Source: Amphiscolops sp. MND2022
Lineage: Eukaryota
Length of the DNA stretch: 64,000 bases
Reading direction: 5' to 3'
Assembly: GCA_964187785.1 (NCBI GenBank)
Contig: OZ076409.1
Location: 7,752,001 to 7,816,000, forward strand
Under the pieces are notes generated by a model. It was given only the letters and a program-made list of their open reading frames with translations, was not told the DNA's origin and ran no database searches. Made by a program: the position numbers and the translations under genes. How positions within the stretch are numbered: the first letter of the stretch is position 1; each line of letters starts with the position of its first letter. Positions 26,401-37,777 of this stretch are shown piece after piece.

Positions 26401-29400
26401 GGTTGTGGCGTGATGATTTTCGCACGCACTATCTTCCTTTCGAATGGACCTAGTATTATGTCTTCAGTGGAAACTACAAACGATGGTTCGTGGTCGCTTA
26501 CCTCATGAGTGGCTTTAAAGATTCGAGGTGTTTTGGGATCGCGGATCGTCACTTTCATTGCTGTTAGGTCCACCAACACGTTGTATGTGCGCAAGAAATT
26601 GCGACCCAGGAGGAAATCCTCTGACCCAATATGATCGGCTATGACTACAAAGTTGGTCTTCAGAGTGTATCCGCCGAGCTGAAAGTTTACATCTTCGGCT
26701 ATACCCACGGTGGTGATGTTTTTGCCATTGGCAGCGAAGAGTTAAACGTCATATGGTGATAGGCTCAGCATATGCTGGGAAGCAATCTTTTTGTACGCAC
26801 TCAATGAAAGGATGGAAACTCCCGAACCGGTGTCAATCATGCCGAAAAGTGGTATCGGCTTTTGCAGAGGAGTTCCGAACGCTACTACTAGCGAGGCTCG
26901 CTCATCAATCTGGGCCTCTCCTTGTGCATCTTGCACTCCAATGCTATAACAACGCAGTTCTTGCCTGCCCAGATATAGGCCTTGCGGAAAGTGTCCTTCC
27001 AGGACAACAATCGCATCAAACCTCATGTCCACACCATCAACCGTGATCGCTACGGGGACTGGCGCGATTGTCTTCACTCTCTGTAACTGGGCCAGCTTGG
27101 TCTCATCATTCCTTGTAAAGTGGGGCAGTGGTCGCGAAGCTATCGTCAAACTGGTATTGCGGCACAGTTCTTCTTTCAATTGTGCTAATGTGAGATTTGG
27201 ACGCGCCTTTTGTTCCACGGATAACAATAGATGGATGGATATTAGTGTTTCAGTACAGTCAGGCGCTGGTGCCTCAAGTGTAGTCAAGATTTGTTTTTCG
27301 CCACAAGTTACAACCACAGGGCGTGATGGGCCTCCGTCTTCTGAAGTCGAGATTACCCTTATTTGATCCTCTGAATCGCAAAAGTCTGTTGAGTTTGCGA
27401 CCGGGGCGTACCACGCCGCTTTTACTTGTTCTTCCGTTGCAACATTGTGAGGCGTCATACAATCAGATGCCACGTGGCCTACATGACCACAATTAACACA
27501 AAATGCTGATGTTCCTTGTTCTGGTAGGGTTGCGGGCATTAAGTCATCATTCATGCCGCGTGGGTTCGATGGGCACATCCATTCTCCAGCTGTGTTCTTG
27601 CGACACGAATTAACTATTTGCTGTACTGGTTTCCGTGCTCGGTCTTTCAAAGGACAATCAGCTGCAAAGTGTGAAGGATCTCCACAGTTGAAACATGTTC
27701 GCTGCGGTTGTTGTCGGAAAGTTGGAGGCTGCTGTGGGAGTTGCTGGGCGTTGGGCGCTTGAGGGGCTTGTGCCTGTGCTTGGTTTTGCGGGTTCGTTGC
27801 GACAGGCGGCTGTTGTTGTTGTTGTGGTGCAGGATACTTTTCTGAACGTGTCGAACCACGCATACGCAGGTTTTGTTGTACCGTGAATCGTAAGGCCTCC
27901 ACAGTTGGGGGTGTGTCTACATACTGTTCCTGTGCATACATGAGTGCAAGGTTTCGTTTCAACTCATAGCTTCGTACCCCTTCGATGAACTTCTGCATAA
28001 TTTCATAGCGCCTCACCGCAACTTCCCCGTTGGGAAAACCTTGGCTGCGCAAACCTTCCAATGCGTCAAGGTATTGCATGTAGTCTTCATCTGGGGACTG
28101 ATTACGTGTACGGAACTGTTGTTGTATTTGGATCTTATTAGATCCTGTTCCAAATCTTCGTGCTAGCAGCGCGAAGACTTTTTCATCAGTATCGCGTTCC
28201 GCTTCTGATTTATTCGTAATATAGTCTCGTGCTTCATTTTCTAGGAACTCCACAATGGTCCATGCTTTGTCTAAAGGAGTGTCTTTTGCATGGGCTTTTT
28301 CCAGGTAACGCCTCATCAGCATTAGCCAGCCATCCACTATTCCATCGCGTGTGCCACGATACTTGGTAGGTTTGTTCTTGGATTCTTTGGCTGCCAATAA
28401 TGGCTCCAGACCTTTGGACATCGCGGTGGTTATTGCTTCCGCCAACGCTTGGCTGTGTATAGCGTTCGGAGCATTGTCCTTGCCCTTGGCAGCTCCCTCC
28501 ACCGTTCCAGTGTTCAGGTTCCTTCTCGAGATTGTCTTCCTTTGCGTGCTAGAGGCCAATGGCCGTAATTGATCGTTACTATGGGGTAACATTGAGCGTT
28601 TTGTGCCAAGCATTGACGAAACAGCAGTTTGATATTCGATACTTCCTGATGCTGTTTTCATATTACTATGCATTTGGTCACTGGCCGCTGAGTAATAGTC
28701 TCTAGTCGTTGAGGCACCTCTAGCATAAGGGTCGAATGAAGGGGGGCCTGATATGTCACAGCGCTGTACTTCAGTTTGAGTGGTTGTTGACAGTTGGGTT
28801 TTCATCGGCACCTGCTTGTACGCTGCGGGTGGTTGTAACTTTGGCTGTTTTGTCTGATCCGGTTTCGTCACACATTGGCGTTTGGCAACTTCTCGGTAGG
28901 AGGGGTGCTGACTAGGAGACGCACTCGTAGATGGTATGTCGGCAGAGTTTGGTGCCATCGGCACGGGTGAGGAACGGTTTGGTATCGTCGCCACTACGGT
29001 CTTCACCCCTAGGGTTAAATCTTGAACCGTAGTCATGAGGTCCACCATGCGTTTGTCGACATCTAAATCTCTGTGGTGCATCATTTCGGACATGTGTTTT
29101 AGGCGCTCATCCGCTTGTCGATCTCTTTGCACCATTATTGCCGTCATCTCCGATATACGTTTTTCCGTCAGGTCCTTGACTGATGCTACGGACGTTTCTA
29201 TCTTGCCCTGGTTGACTCGTCCTTCCATCTTGATCTCACTCACCTCCTTTCGTAACTCTTCTACTTCCATCACCAAAACTTCTGCCCGACGGACATGGTC
29301 AGTGTTTTCCTGGGCTAACTTTACTTGGACTCATTTCTATTGTTCCATACTACGTCCAAAATCTTCTCGTATGGCTTCAGTTTCTTTGATACCTCTGGCG

Positions 29401-30092
29401 ATCGTCGAATTTGGGGATGCTGCACTGCCGGCATCGGAATGTTGGAGCGTTGCCGTGCGTTCCAGTCGTAAGGTGCTGGGACCCAGCAATGGTGGTGTAG
29501 TGGAGGCATAGTTCTGGAGAGTCACTCCTTTTCTGGTCTTCCGCTTTCCCGGCTGACTTTCCGAAGGAGCAATCGCAGTGTCACCCAGTGTATTTCTACT
29601 ACTATCAAGCACTGGTACTCCGGAACCCAGCGGGTCCGCATTCGTGCCCAGGTGAGGGGTGATTTCTCCCAAAGTCATGCCTACATTCATATTCTCAACC
29701 CACTTACTGATATCCGAGCTAGTAGCTACTTCTCTGTTCGAGATCAGCCAGTTCCCGGTAACAATCACGGAAGTGTTCAGAGGAGGCCATACGTTGGTAT
29801 GGTTCATGGGAGTCGCATTAGCTAATTCGGTGCTATCAAAGGACATCTTTGAGGAATTTGCTTGGCTCGTACGCGCAATTTGCGAATTCTGCTCAATGTT
29901 AGACACGTTATCTGACATTACGTCGTCTAAAAACAGGTCGGCGATTATATCTAGCGGTGCTATTTCAGCTTGTGTACTCAGGGTATGCAACTCTTCTATG
30001 TTGTTCGCGAACGGGTTGGTAGCATGAAATTCACTAGACTCCAATGATGTCTCACTCGCGAATAACAAATATTCCCACTCACTCAAACTCAT
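20488..30092 (-). pseudogene. gag-pol polyprotein of element B (~3,200 aa when repaired)
   Basis: CCHC knuckles CFNCGDPSHFAADC and CVNCGHVGHVASDC. Protease IDTGS. RT MPFGL..YIDD. RNase H LDTDAS..VDNQAL. Integrase HDESGH..CLTC, QFDH/QSDNA/VERQN, WRGPH. Lesions: stops at 29337-9, 29331-3, 26742-4 and 24482-4; frameshifts near 25145 and 23205. Confidence 0.95.
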
Positions 30093-33000
30093 TTTTACTT
30101 GCACTGTTTTTGCAGATCAACTAAATTAGATTTTCTTTCGTCTTTCACTCACTCCTTCTCTTCAACAAATTGAATTAAAGGCAACTCAAAATGGAAGTTT
30201 TGATATCCCTTTCTCAGATATTCTAACTAGATTGTCGTACTATTAAGTTCTGGAGTTTGTAGCTCGTGATCGCCCTCTTGATTCTATTTCGAGATCAGCT
30301 GACTGTCATAAACTTCACACTCCTAATTACATGCACTAACTCAAGATTACATGCACTGGTGTTAGTCACCACTAATCAGAACAGAAAGGTTTGTATCCCC
30401 ACTAACTGGAGATAGTTATTCTACACAAATTCAAAGTTAAGCTTTTTAAGTTTTTTTTAAACAGTTACTCACACTAAACTATGCTTTATCCAGCCACAGG
30501 CTATGTGGTCGGGATAACTAAAGGTTTTGGCGCGCTATCAGAACTTTGCAGAGATTTTTTCAGGAAATCACCGCGCTTTTCTTCTGGGAGCGTATACTAT
30601 GCCACTCGTACTGACTTTCAATAGGGGAGCACCTGGGGTGTTGCTACAACAAGGGGTGTCAGGAACTAGACCTTGGGGATGAGTTGATGTTAGGACACTT
30701 TCAAACAAGAGAGTTATCGTAATCTGATCGTAGCACGGTCAATGGAAACACAGTTCTTCACTATTTCGAATGCTACTATACTCAATTTTCTGTCTCGAGA
30801 CGCACCGCGTCCACTATCCACGTCTTCTAGAGAACTCCTAATTGCGTTCTAGCTCTCTCGCGTCACTTCTCAGTCGAGGCAAACGTGAATGCACCTAACA
30901 GTTTGCACTTAGGTGACCCTGGTGGCCGTTGGGATAGGAAATACAATCTTTGCGTTTTGCACTCCTATGTCTCGTAGACAGCTTTTTGACAAACCCAAGA
31001 TTTTAGGGTTGAGCTAGCTCCATTCTGATTACTTCAACGGGACGTGCTATGGATGCCTGATGTAGAACTAGGGTCGTTTAAACCTTCACTCTCAACTACA
31101 CCTACGAAAAGTGTACAATTTTTCGCAAAATTTCTCAAAATCGGCAATTCTTTCGCCAAAGTGCACGCCTGGGGAAGGTGAAGATCACTTCTAGAGCTAC
31201 TAGCGACCTGAAAATTTAACACGGTATATTACTGTGACCAAGTCGTGGGAAAATTACCGCCGATTGCGCCAAAATTGATTATACGTGACTTGAGGTCGCT
31301 TCAGAATGTTGTTTGAAGAATCGACTATGTTGTGAAATTTACAAAAGTCTGTCAAACTCGCCTTCTAGGCTTCCTAGCTACCTGAAATTTTGTATGCGAG
31401 CGTGAATTATGCCCACGTAACAGAAAAACTAAATAGCGGGGTGCTCAGGTCAATATTCCGCAATCCGAGTTGACAAAACTATGATGTACCCTATTAGTCA
31501 CTTCCTGGGGCCAAAATTCACAAAAACGTCAATTTCTCCAAATTGGATAGTAGCAAGCTGCTCAAAATGCACAAATCGTCGGGATCTAGTGCAGTGTGTA
31601 CGAAAATGCAAGAATTTTAGTGCTGGGATACTCCGAAGGTATTGCACTATGCTCAACTAAAATTCGATTTTTTTTGACAGTTTCGTACAATTTTTGAGCA
31701 AAACTGCGGCTAAGATTTCTCAATCACTAGTAATGGTAGCGCTACGAAAAATACACCACTAACGTAACGTTTTGCGGACTACACGATGGTGCAATCCGTT
31801 TTGAGCTACTCCTACTAGGAGAGATTTCGACCTATCTTGGGGACACTACTCCAGTGTTCCGAAAATGTCGCAAAAACAACGCGTTTTCGGCTATTTCTCA
31901 GCAACTACTGGTTGGAATTACTCGCGGTTTTCTGCGTTTGCAACGTTATACCCTATACTGACGGAAAATAGGCGAGCGAAACCTGGCAGGTTCCAAATAA
32001 GGTCTCTCAAAATAACTTTCAAGTTGCACCTTTGACACTCTGGGAACAAGGTGAAAAATACGTATTTTCCCTAGGAACTTTTTATTTCTCGGTTCCCCGA
32101 TGTTGGGGATGGTTCTAACAGTACGGTAAGAAGGTGTGACAACTTTATTTAGGGGAGTGGGGTCATTTCAATTATTACTTTTGATGTTATTACTCTCAGG
32201 TCTATGGGGTCCTCTACTCAGGTCTATGTATATCAAAGAAAATCAGAAGTTAAAGTGTCAATTCATATTGGGGAATGCTAACAATCGTCTTGGCAGTAGT
32301 GTTTCGTACTACCAAGCTTGGGAACAACGTTTTTGGGCTGATCTCAAAGCTTGGGAACAAGTGCCCAAGGCTTCGCCCTCACCAATTTTGGTCTTTTAGG
32401 CCAAAATTGATGTTTTCTCTATAAAAATCGCTAATTTTCTCAATGTTTTAACAATTTAGCCCAGGAAATTTTTCGGTTCCTGACCTAGCAAGTCTGATGG
32501 AACGTTTTTTTTATTCCCACTGGCCGTATCCTTTTCCACTAGATTTCAACTTTCAACACCTCAAAAATCGGTATTTGAGCTATATATGGTGTTATTTTCA
32601 AGGTTTTCGCGCTCAACTTTTTATTCAACTGGTCTAAACACCCACAGGGTATTTTCCCCAGTTAATTTTAGTGGGAACAGGCCTGGGAGTATGCTTTTTG
32701 GGCCGATTATTAGCAAGAATTAGCAATATAACCCGATTGACGTGGGTATACGGCAACTGCAGGGGTGCTGGAGGTGTGATGTCGGAGGTGCTCACACACT
32801 GTCGTCAGCTAATTGGGGCCTTCAGCACTCGTCCTCCCGGTCCCCATACAATGCTAATTTACTGAAACGGAGCTACAAAACCCATTATAACCAATTCCGG
32901 ATAGGCCGGATTAGCATTTTCAACAGGTATTATCAAAATACAAGGGGTACGCTGTCTGAAATCGTCGATTTTCGGTTTCAGACCTCGGAAATACGCAGGA

Positions 33001-33150
33001 CACGCAAAACAAACACTAGTACAGGGCCCACAGGGCTAGAATAAGGCAATAAAAACAATCTAGGACTCTTCAACCAGTTTTCCTAGATCCAGACCTAGCA
33101 GGGCCGGAAAGCAGGAAAAACTCCAATTATGGCGAAAAGATGGAAAAAAG

Positions 33151-33168
33151 GTCCCTTGTGGGGCGCCA
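33151..33168 (-). promoter_or_regulatory. Primer-binding site, tRNA-Lys-like
   Basis: TGGCGCCCCACAAGGGAC matches the known tRNA-Lys3 PBS TGGCGCCCGAACAGGGAC at 15/18, but lies 16 nt inside the 5' LTR end. Confidence 0.7.
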
Positions 33169-33184
33169 TAAAAACTACTCTAGA

Positions 33185-33896
33185 TGTAACGTCAAGCAAG
33201 TAACGCACATACTAGAACTGGACAATACTTAGGTTGCCTAGACAGGAGACCATAGTCCTACAACAAGCCTAAATACCAGTTTTCGTCCCTAAAGGTCTCC
33301 TAGGGACTTTTCCAAAACACCGTGGAGACTCCTCTTATTAGAGCTCCGCGGCAACGTGCCGGCACACTCAAAGTCCGGACACGTCCCACAAGCGTGTAAA
33401 AACGTTCATAAAGGCTTCCCGCGGCTCTACATACTTCCGAGGTCTGAAAACAAGGTTCTAGCTGAAGTGCATTTTATTTCAGAAAATAACGTCTAAATAC
33501 TCCATTACAAGGATCTGGCAGATCCGACATCATCATAAATCTGTAAATCAATACTAATGACATCAGAATCAATCAAGATTGGCCTTTCTGACATGTTTCT
33601 ATTGAATTCGCGATTCTCTTCATCTTCTTCGCTGTGGGATATCGGAATCTCAGAACGTTTTTGTAATAAAAACGCACTTTTCTGGGGAGATGACACAAAT
33701 CCGAGCAATTTTCTTGTTCTTCCACATCGTGTCAGTGTCTTTTCTTCTTTTCTGGGTCGGGGTTGGGTTCGTCTGTCTTTTTTTGCTTCCTTTTTGGTTT
33801 CAACGACCTGCCAGGTCGGCTATTTTGATTCGCACACTTTCTGGTTTTTGATCGAAATTTTTATCGAAAATTTGGTGCTGACTGGTGGACGTTACA
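33185..33896 (-). repeat. 5' LTR of element B (712 bp)
   Basis: Direct repeat of 14748-15463. Confidence 0.97.
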
Positions 33897-34366
33897 ATAT
33901 GACACTACTTTGAAACTTATAATGTGACTGAAAATTATTTGCATTCAAACCGCTGTAAAATTGATGAAGGTCTCAGCTGCTTTCAAAATTAGAACGGCGT
34001 CTACATGGGACCTGCAAAACTTCGCGGCTCGGAATTTCCGCCAATTTTAAGATGCATCCTTTTGGCAGCTTGATAAATTCAATTTACATCAGTGAAGTTT
34101 TACTGCATGGACGTTTCCTTGAGAATTTTATCAAATCATGAAAACTTAGCTTGGTAGCCTACAAAAACTTGTAAAAAGTTCAAGAAGTTCCAACCAGGGA
34201 GCGAAATGCGAATTTCTCAATTTTCAGTCCATAAAATATCATTTTAACGGAATTACAACAGTTTTTGGCTGTTGAACATTCAAGAAAAGCGTTTCCAGGA
34301 AAAGCGTTAAATGAAAAAAGTAACGAATGGTGTAAAGGCTACAAAGATGATTACTTCATTTCGTTA

Positions 34367-34727
34367 TTTTCCGCCCTCATACAATGGGGGAAGAAAATCA
34401 TGATCTGTGTCGCGTTTTTTTCCAAGATCTGCCAAATCTCCTCCGAGGTCTTTATTGACTATTTGACTATTTTGTATAGCACCTTGACTATGTTAGTTAG
34501 TAAGTAAATAAAACAGCTTGGAGGTAAAAATTGGAATAAGATCTAAAGGGAATAAGATCTAAAATTTCATGACAGGGATAATATTTAAAGGGAATAAGAT
34601 CTAAAATTTACTGATCTAAAATTTACTTATACTTTAAATCCTGTTTCCCCCTCCCAGAAAACCTACGGCTCAGTTGGTGAAGGCGAAGAAGGCGGAAAAC
34701 ATCCCGGTGCTTAGCGGGCGTCTTGTT
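34367..34727 (+). mobile_element. Short Helentron/DINE-like non-autonomous repeat (related copies 43759-44100 and 58153-58442; partial ~12803-12920)
   Basis: Subterminal inverted TTTTCCGCC...GGCGGAAAA, then a small GC hairpin (CCCGGTGCTTAGCGGG) and GTCTTGTT at the 3' end in each copy. Confidence 0.5.
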
Positions 34728-35028
34728 TTCATCTCAAGTGTTAAAGAGCATCCATTTATCTGTTTTTTTTCGACCGGTTAAATGGTCAGTGGTCTACTTG
34801 CTTGATTCTGGTAAGAATCTCAAAAATTTTGTGTCCAAGCTATCTTCAAATTGATATAAAGTGGTCGAATGTAACAAGAATTTTTTAAAAATGTTTTATA
34901 GAGACACATGGAAACTTCTGATTGATGTTTTTTGTTTTGTTCAATTTTCTTGATGAGTGGAAATTTCAATTTTTCACACTTGTTCTTTCCGGTCATGAAC
35001 CAACATATTCAATATTCGGAAGTGATTA

Positions 35029-35587
35029 CCCTGGTTGGAACTGCTTGAACTTTTTACAAGTTTTTGTAGGTTACCAAGCAAAATTTTCATGGTTTTATAA
35101 AATTCTGAAGTAAACCTCCATGCATTAAAACTTCACTGATGCAATTTAAATTTAAATTTATCAAGCTGCCTATAAGATGCATCCTAAATTTGGCGGCAAT
35201 TTTGAGCCGCGAAGTTTTGCAGTTTTCATAAAGACGCGGTTCTAATTTTGAAAGCAGTTGAGACCTTCATCAATTTTAACGCGATTTCAATGCAAGTAAA
35301 CTTCAGTCACATTATAAGTTTCAAAGTAGCGCCATATTCAGCGTGCTATTTGACTAACGGTGTTTACATAAGGTACTTACTTGAGAAACCTACGCGTGAA
35401 AACAAAGTGATCGCGGTGGTGAAAAAGTGGAAATGTTTTCACTCTTAACTCAAATAGTGAAAGCTGCATATTAATCTTACAAAATGTTTCCATGCATGGT
35501 CCCTGAATTTTCCATGTTTTATAAAAAATTAGCCGGCATTTTTGGAAGGTGCCTGTTAGCCTTCGCGGCAACTTCGACTATTACGGG
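35029..35587 (-). mobile_element. CCC-ended MITE copy, reverse orientation
   Basis: Reverse complement of 48363-48911. CCC...GGG ends flanked by TA on both sides. Confidence 0.82.
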
Positions 35588-37777
35588 TACAGCTGTGAGA
35601 AGATAAATGGAGGTCATTTCCAGCACCTAATGTAAATGAATATACTTTTAATGTATCAAAAACCAAAGTTCCATATATTGTTGAAAATCTGTTGAAAAAG
35701 TTACGTTATGAATAGTATTTATTGAGATCTTTGAAATTAAAGTTGGTGCATAATTTCTGAAAGACCCTGTAAATTCGTGGAAGATTTTTTGATAGGAGAT
35801 GTTTCAAATTTGAAATTAGCCAATTAGAGGAGACATGAAATGTTATATGTTCCATCGAGTCTGATTCATTGTAATCAAAAATCGACTTCTTTTCTATTAT
35901 ATCCGACAGCTCAAAAGGTTTTATTATCGTCCTTTATAATAAACTTTCCATAAAAGACGATTTGCTCGAATTATGATAGAATTCTGTAAGATGAAACATG
36001 TTGCAGTCAGGTTCAGCGATAAACATCGTAATACGAGTGTTGAGAAATAAATGAAGCTGTAGCCATAAATTTTTTCGCAGCCGTTAAATTTTTTTCGAGG
36101 CAGGAAATGTAATTTTTGCATGAACTTTGTAAGATTTATTCATTTTTTGTAACCTTCTGAGCAGAAAAATGCAAATCTTGCAGGATTTTTGTAAGAGTTC
36201 TAAGAATTCTAAGAATTCTTGTAAGAATTTTGCTAGAGTTGTGATTTTTGTAACCTTGTGAATCTCAAGACAGATAGAACAAGCCTGAAGAAGTCCTTCT
36301 GGTCGACGCAATGGATTTGAAAAGTTGTCAAAAAAGTTTCACAATTTCGAAAATATATTTTTTTCATAAAGTTATTTCATAAAGTTTTTCATAGTTTTTT
36401 CATAAATGTATTTTTTTTCATATATTTTTATCACCCAGTTTTCTAAAAGACAGCAAAATTTGCGCACGAGTCGAAAGAGAAACCAATTGTATTCGTTCTA
36501 GATTTGCTATATGACAATAAACTTCTTCTGATAAACGACAAAGTGATATATCTTGACTCTTTCATTTTTTTTCATTTGAGGACTCTAGCCTTTGAGAAGC
36601 AGTTTCGCAGAAAATAATAGGATTCAGTATTAATAGGATTCAGATAATAGGATGTTTTGCAGTGTCTGAGTTAAATTTTCAGTTGTTTCCCCGCTCCTAA
36701 GTTCTTTCACTTTTTTTTAAAGTTGCAGGGACTTTTTTTCAAGGTGCAGTGAAAAACATCGAAGATTTTTCAAGATGCAGGGAAGTTTTACAAGAATTTT
36801 CCCTGCGCGCAGTCTGAATTTTCTAGGTTTTATCAAAAATTTCCCTGCATGCATGTAAAAAGTTCAAGCAGTCTCAACTAGGACAATCGAATAAAAGACG
36901 GAATTTTCAATGAAGGCAAAAGGGAAAAGCAATCAAAATGTTGTGAAAATAGTCGCTTAAGGCTCAAAGAAAACAAAGCCTTTTTGATGCTCAGTTACAA
37001 TGAATAAGAAAACGTTCATAAACTTGAAATATTCCAACACTCAAAGCTTGCAAAACGTTTTTTCCTTGCTGAAAAGGGGAGATCATTGATTGCGAAAAAA
37101 AGTGCCAAAAATCTCAATGGGGGCTTTCGGCCTCCTGTTTAATGGAAGTTATCGGAAAATCATTCATGTTTCATCAATGTTCATGATAACATCAGCCAAT
37201 TGAAACGTGAAAGTGAGAGCAAAACTCAATTGAGAGCAAATTAATTGATAAAACAATACCATCTAGAAAACTGTGGGGGAAAGGAAAAAGTTCTGCTTTT
37301 TTGAAATCTTCAATTTCCCCAGAAGAAACATAATTGTACTTCCCTTGTTGAATAACAGTAGTTTGGATGAATTGATTAGATTATCAACTAAGTATTGCCC
37401 TAATCAACTTCTTAACATATTAACCTGTAAGCTAGTTGTATTATGAATCCCCAAACCATTAAATCTTCAAGAAAGATTTCGTATTTCTGTTGACTGAATT
37501 TGGCTCATGCTTTCTGGTTTCCTGATAACTTTTCCTGCCATGATACAAAAATTCCGGATTCATTTATTGACCTTTGAAATCAAACTTTATCAAATTACGT
37601 TACGAAACGAGATAGGAGAACAAGTGGATTTGAATTAAAACGAATAATTCTATTTACAATATATTTCGAAAGGTTGAAAAGTCAACAACTGACGATGAAT
37701 TAGACCTCCACTCTTTTTGCTGATGCATCGAACATTTTAAATTTCTTCTTCTTTTTCCATATTTGGAATTCAGCAGC

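Larger units (their letters stand above)
14748..33896 (-). mobile_element. Full-length 19.1-kb Ty3/Gypsy LTR retrotransposon B
   Basis: Two TGTAAC...GTTACA LTRs, PBS-like and PPT-like sites, and domain order gag-PR-RT-RH-IN plus an extra ORF. Inserted into a copy of a dispersed MITE. Confidence 0.97.
14502..34199 (+). mobile_element. CCC-ended MITE copy split by element B (14502-14747 + 33897-34199)
   Basis: The two flanks join into the same sequence as the intact copy at 48363-48911 (...CTGAATATGAC(G/A)CTACTTTGAAAC...). Confidence 0.88.

Noticed and set aside
26742..26744. Programmed gag/pol stop-codon readthrough
   Set aside because: The TAA falls inside the protease domain, after DTG. 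Several similar single-base stops occur elsewhere in the element, so it is most simply a mutation.
16493..30027. Many short plus-strand ORFs over element B
   Set aside because: Antisense shadows of the long minus-strand coding frames, with no independent motifs.
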